Assembly (NCBI GenBank): GCA_031370785.1
Contig: JANMQY010000060.1
Coordinates: 32,001-96,000 of the forward strand
Length of the DNA: 64,000 nt
Direction: 5' to 3'
Source of the DNA: Candidatus Eiseniibacteriota bacterium
GTDB taxonomy: Bacteria > Eisenbacteria > RBG-16-71-46
Part shown: piece after piece, positions 63,050 to 64,000 of the stretch
How the letters are laid out: the number at the start of each line of letters is the position of its first letter
Numbering within the stretch: position 1 is the stretch's first letter
Program-made: the position numbers and the translations under genes
Notes under the pieces: model-generated
The model's input: only the letters and a program-made list of their open reading frames with translations
Databases searched by the model: none
What the model was told of the DNA's origin: nothing

Positions 63050-64000
63050 CGATGACGACGACGACATGCAGTCGCAGGTTCGCGATGGCTCGCTCGCAGG
63101 TTTCGCTCGCGGCGCTGCTCACCGGCCTCATCGCCGCCTCGTGCGTCCCGGCGCCCAGGCCGGTGGGCACTGCCGAGCCGCCGCTGCCGGCCGGCCACCC
63201 GAGCGAACCGGTCGAGCAGGCGCCCTTGCCTGCGCCGACGCCCGCCCCACCGGCCGTGCCTGCTGACGCTCCTCAGAGGTTCGAGTTGCGCGAAGAGCCG
63301 ACGATCGACGTGGGGATGGCGTGGGATCTCGACAGCCTTGTCGTCGATCCGGTCGAAACCGGCGGCTCCTCGTTCCAGCACGCGGGCAAGGCGCCGGACG
63401 GACTCTCCACCGGGTACGTCGGCGCGCTCGTGATCTCGCGAGGTGCAGAGGGCTTCCTCTTCGAGTTCAGGCAGCGGCGGGGCCAGACGCCGCTGGTCCC
63501 GGGCGACACGCTGTGGACGACGCGGACGCCGGATCGCGTTCGGCCAGGGGATCGCATTCGCTGGAATAGCCGGACCTGGCGAGGCACCTTCAAGATCTTC
63601 GTGAATCCGCGCGGCAAGCTCACGATCGCCGCGCGGCTCCCGCTCGAAACCTATCTGAATGGCGTGGTGCCGGGGGAGATCGGGGCGCTGGACGAGCACC
63701 TCATCGAGGCGGGAAGGGCGCAGGCGGTCGCGGCGCGCAGCTACACCATGTTCTACCGCGGGCGTCGCGCCGCCGAGGGCTTCGACCTCTACGGCACCGT
63801 CGAGGACCAGGTGTTCGGGCCGATCGAGAGCGAGCGTGCGGTCGCCACCCGCTGCGTCGAAAGCACGCGCGGCACGCTCGCGCTCGCCGGTGGCTACCCG
63901 ATCCGCGCCAACTACTACTCCACCTGCGGTGGCATCACCGCCGACGTCTGGGAAGCCTGGCCGGCGCCGCCGCTCTCCTACCTCGTGAGTCACACGGACG
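63046..64000 (+). CDS. SpoIID/LytB-domain lytic transglycosylase lipoprotein (runs off the window)
   Basis: Not in the ORF track. Manual translation gives lipobox LIAASC, a Pro-rich linker, then ETYLNGVVPGEI...AQAVAARSY...FDLYGTVEDQVF...TRG...YYSTCGG. Confidence 0.9.
   Translation, partial: MTMTTTTCSRRFAMARSQVSLAALLTGLIAASCVPAPRPVGTAEPPLPAGHPSEPVEQAPLPAPTPAPPAVPADAPQRFELREEPTIDVGMAWDLDSLVVDPVETGGSSFQHAGKAPDGLSTGYVGALVISRGAEGFLFEFRQRRGQTPLVPGDTLWTTRTPDRVRPGDRIRWNSRTWRGTFKIFVNPRGKLTIAARLPLETYLNGVVPGEIGALDEHLIEAGRAQAVAARSYTMFYRGRRAAEGFDLYGTVEDQVFGPIESERAVATRCVESTRGTLALAGGYPIRANYYSTCGGITADVWEAWPAPPLSYLVSHTD

Noticed and set aside
63045..63066. GAT/GAC trinucleotide run at the anmK-spoIID junction
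   Set aside because: Short and in-frame (MTMTTTT); length changes would not shift the frame, and a downstream ATG is available.

Overview
This is a very GC-rich bacterial chromosomal segment, densely coding (about 57 CDS) and mostly housekeeping. I found no rRNA, tRNA, CRISPR array, transposase, integrase or prophage gene. A secreted metallopeptidase with a PNP...DLAGRRV...SGVYF C-terminal domain suggests an FCB-group organism such as Ca. Eisenbacteria (inference only). Contents in order: partial 2-oxoacid dehydrogenase E1-beta; a DtxR/MntR regulator with tandem operators plus an Nramp-USP fusion; a CDF transporter; a MacA/MacB-like pair without an ATPase; a secreted HEXXH peptidase; a small envelope-modification cluster; MFS, XRE-cupin and a heterodimeric ABC exporter (one subunit apparently starting at CTG); 2-hydroxyacid dehydrogenase-mobA-lysA; two tandem XRE-cupin regulators and a hairpin-rich 626-bp intergenic region; etfBA; a complex I operon nuoA-H,J-N lacking nuoI; moaC-moeA-TPR membrane protein; a sensor-less sigma54 activator with AlaX; two tandem DEAD-box helicases, one with systematically eroded motifs; mutM; and a tightly coupled murQ / carbohydrate-ABC / anmK / SpoIID operon. 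The best candidates for undescribed biology are the peptidoglycan-recycling operon with an embedded sugar ABC importer, the helicase plus putative pseudo-helicase pair, and the intact/degenerate XRE-cupin pair with its structured upstream region. All calls come from motif recognition by eye; no database searches were run.
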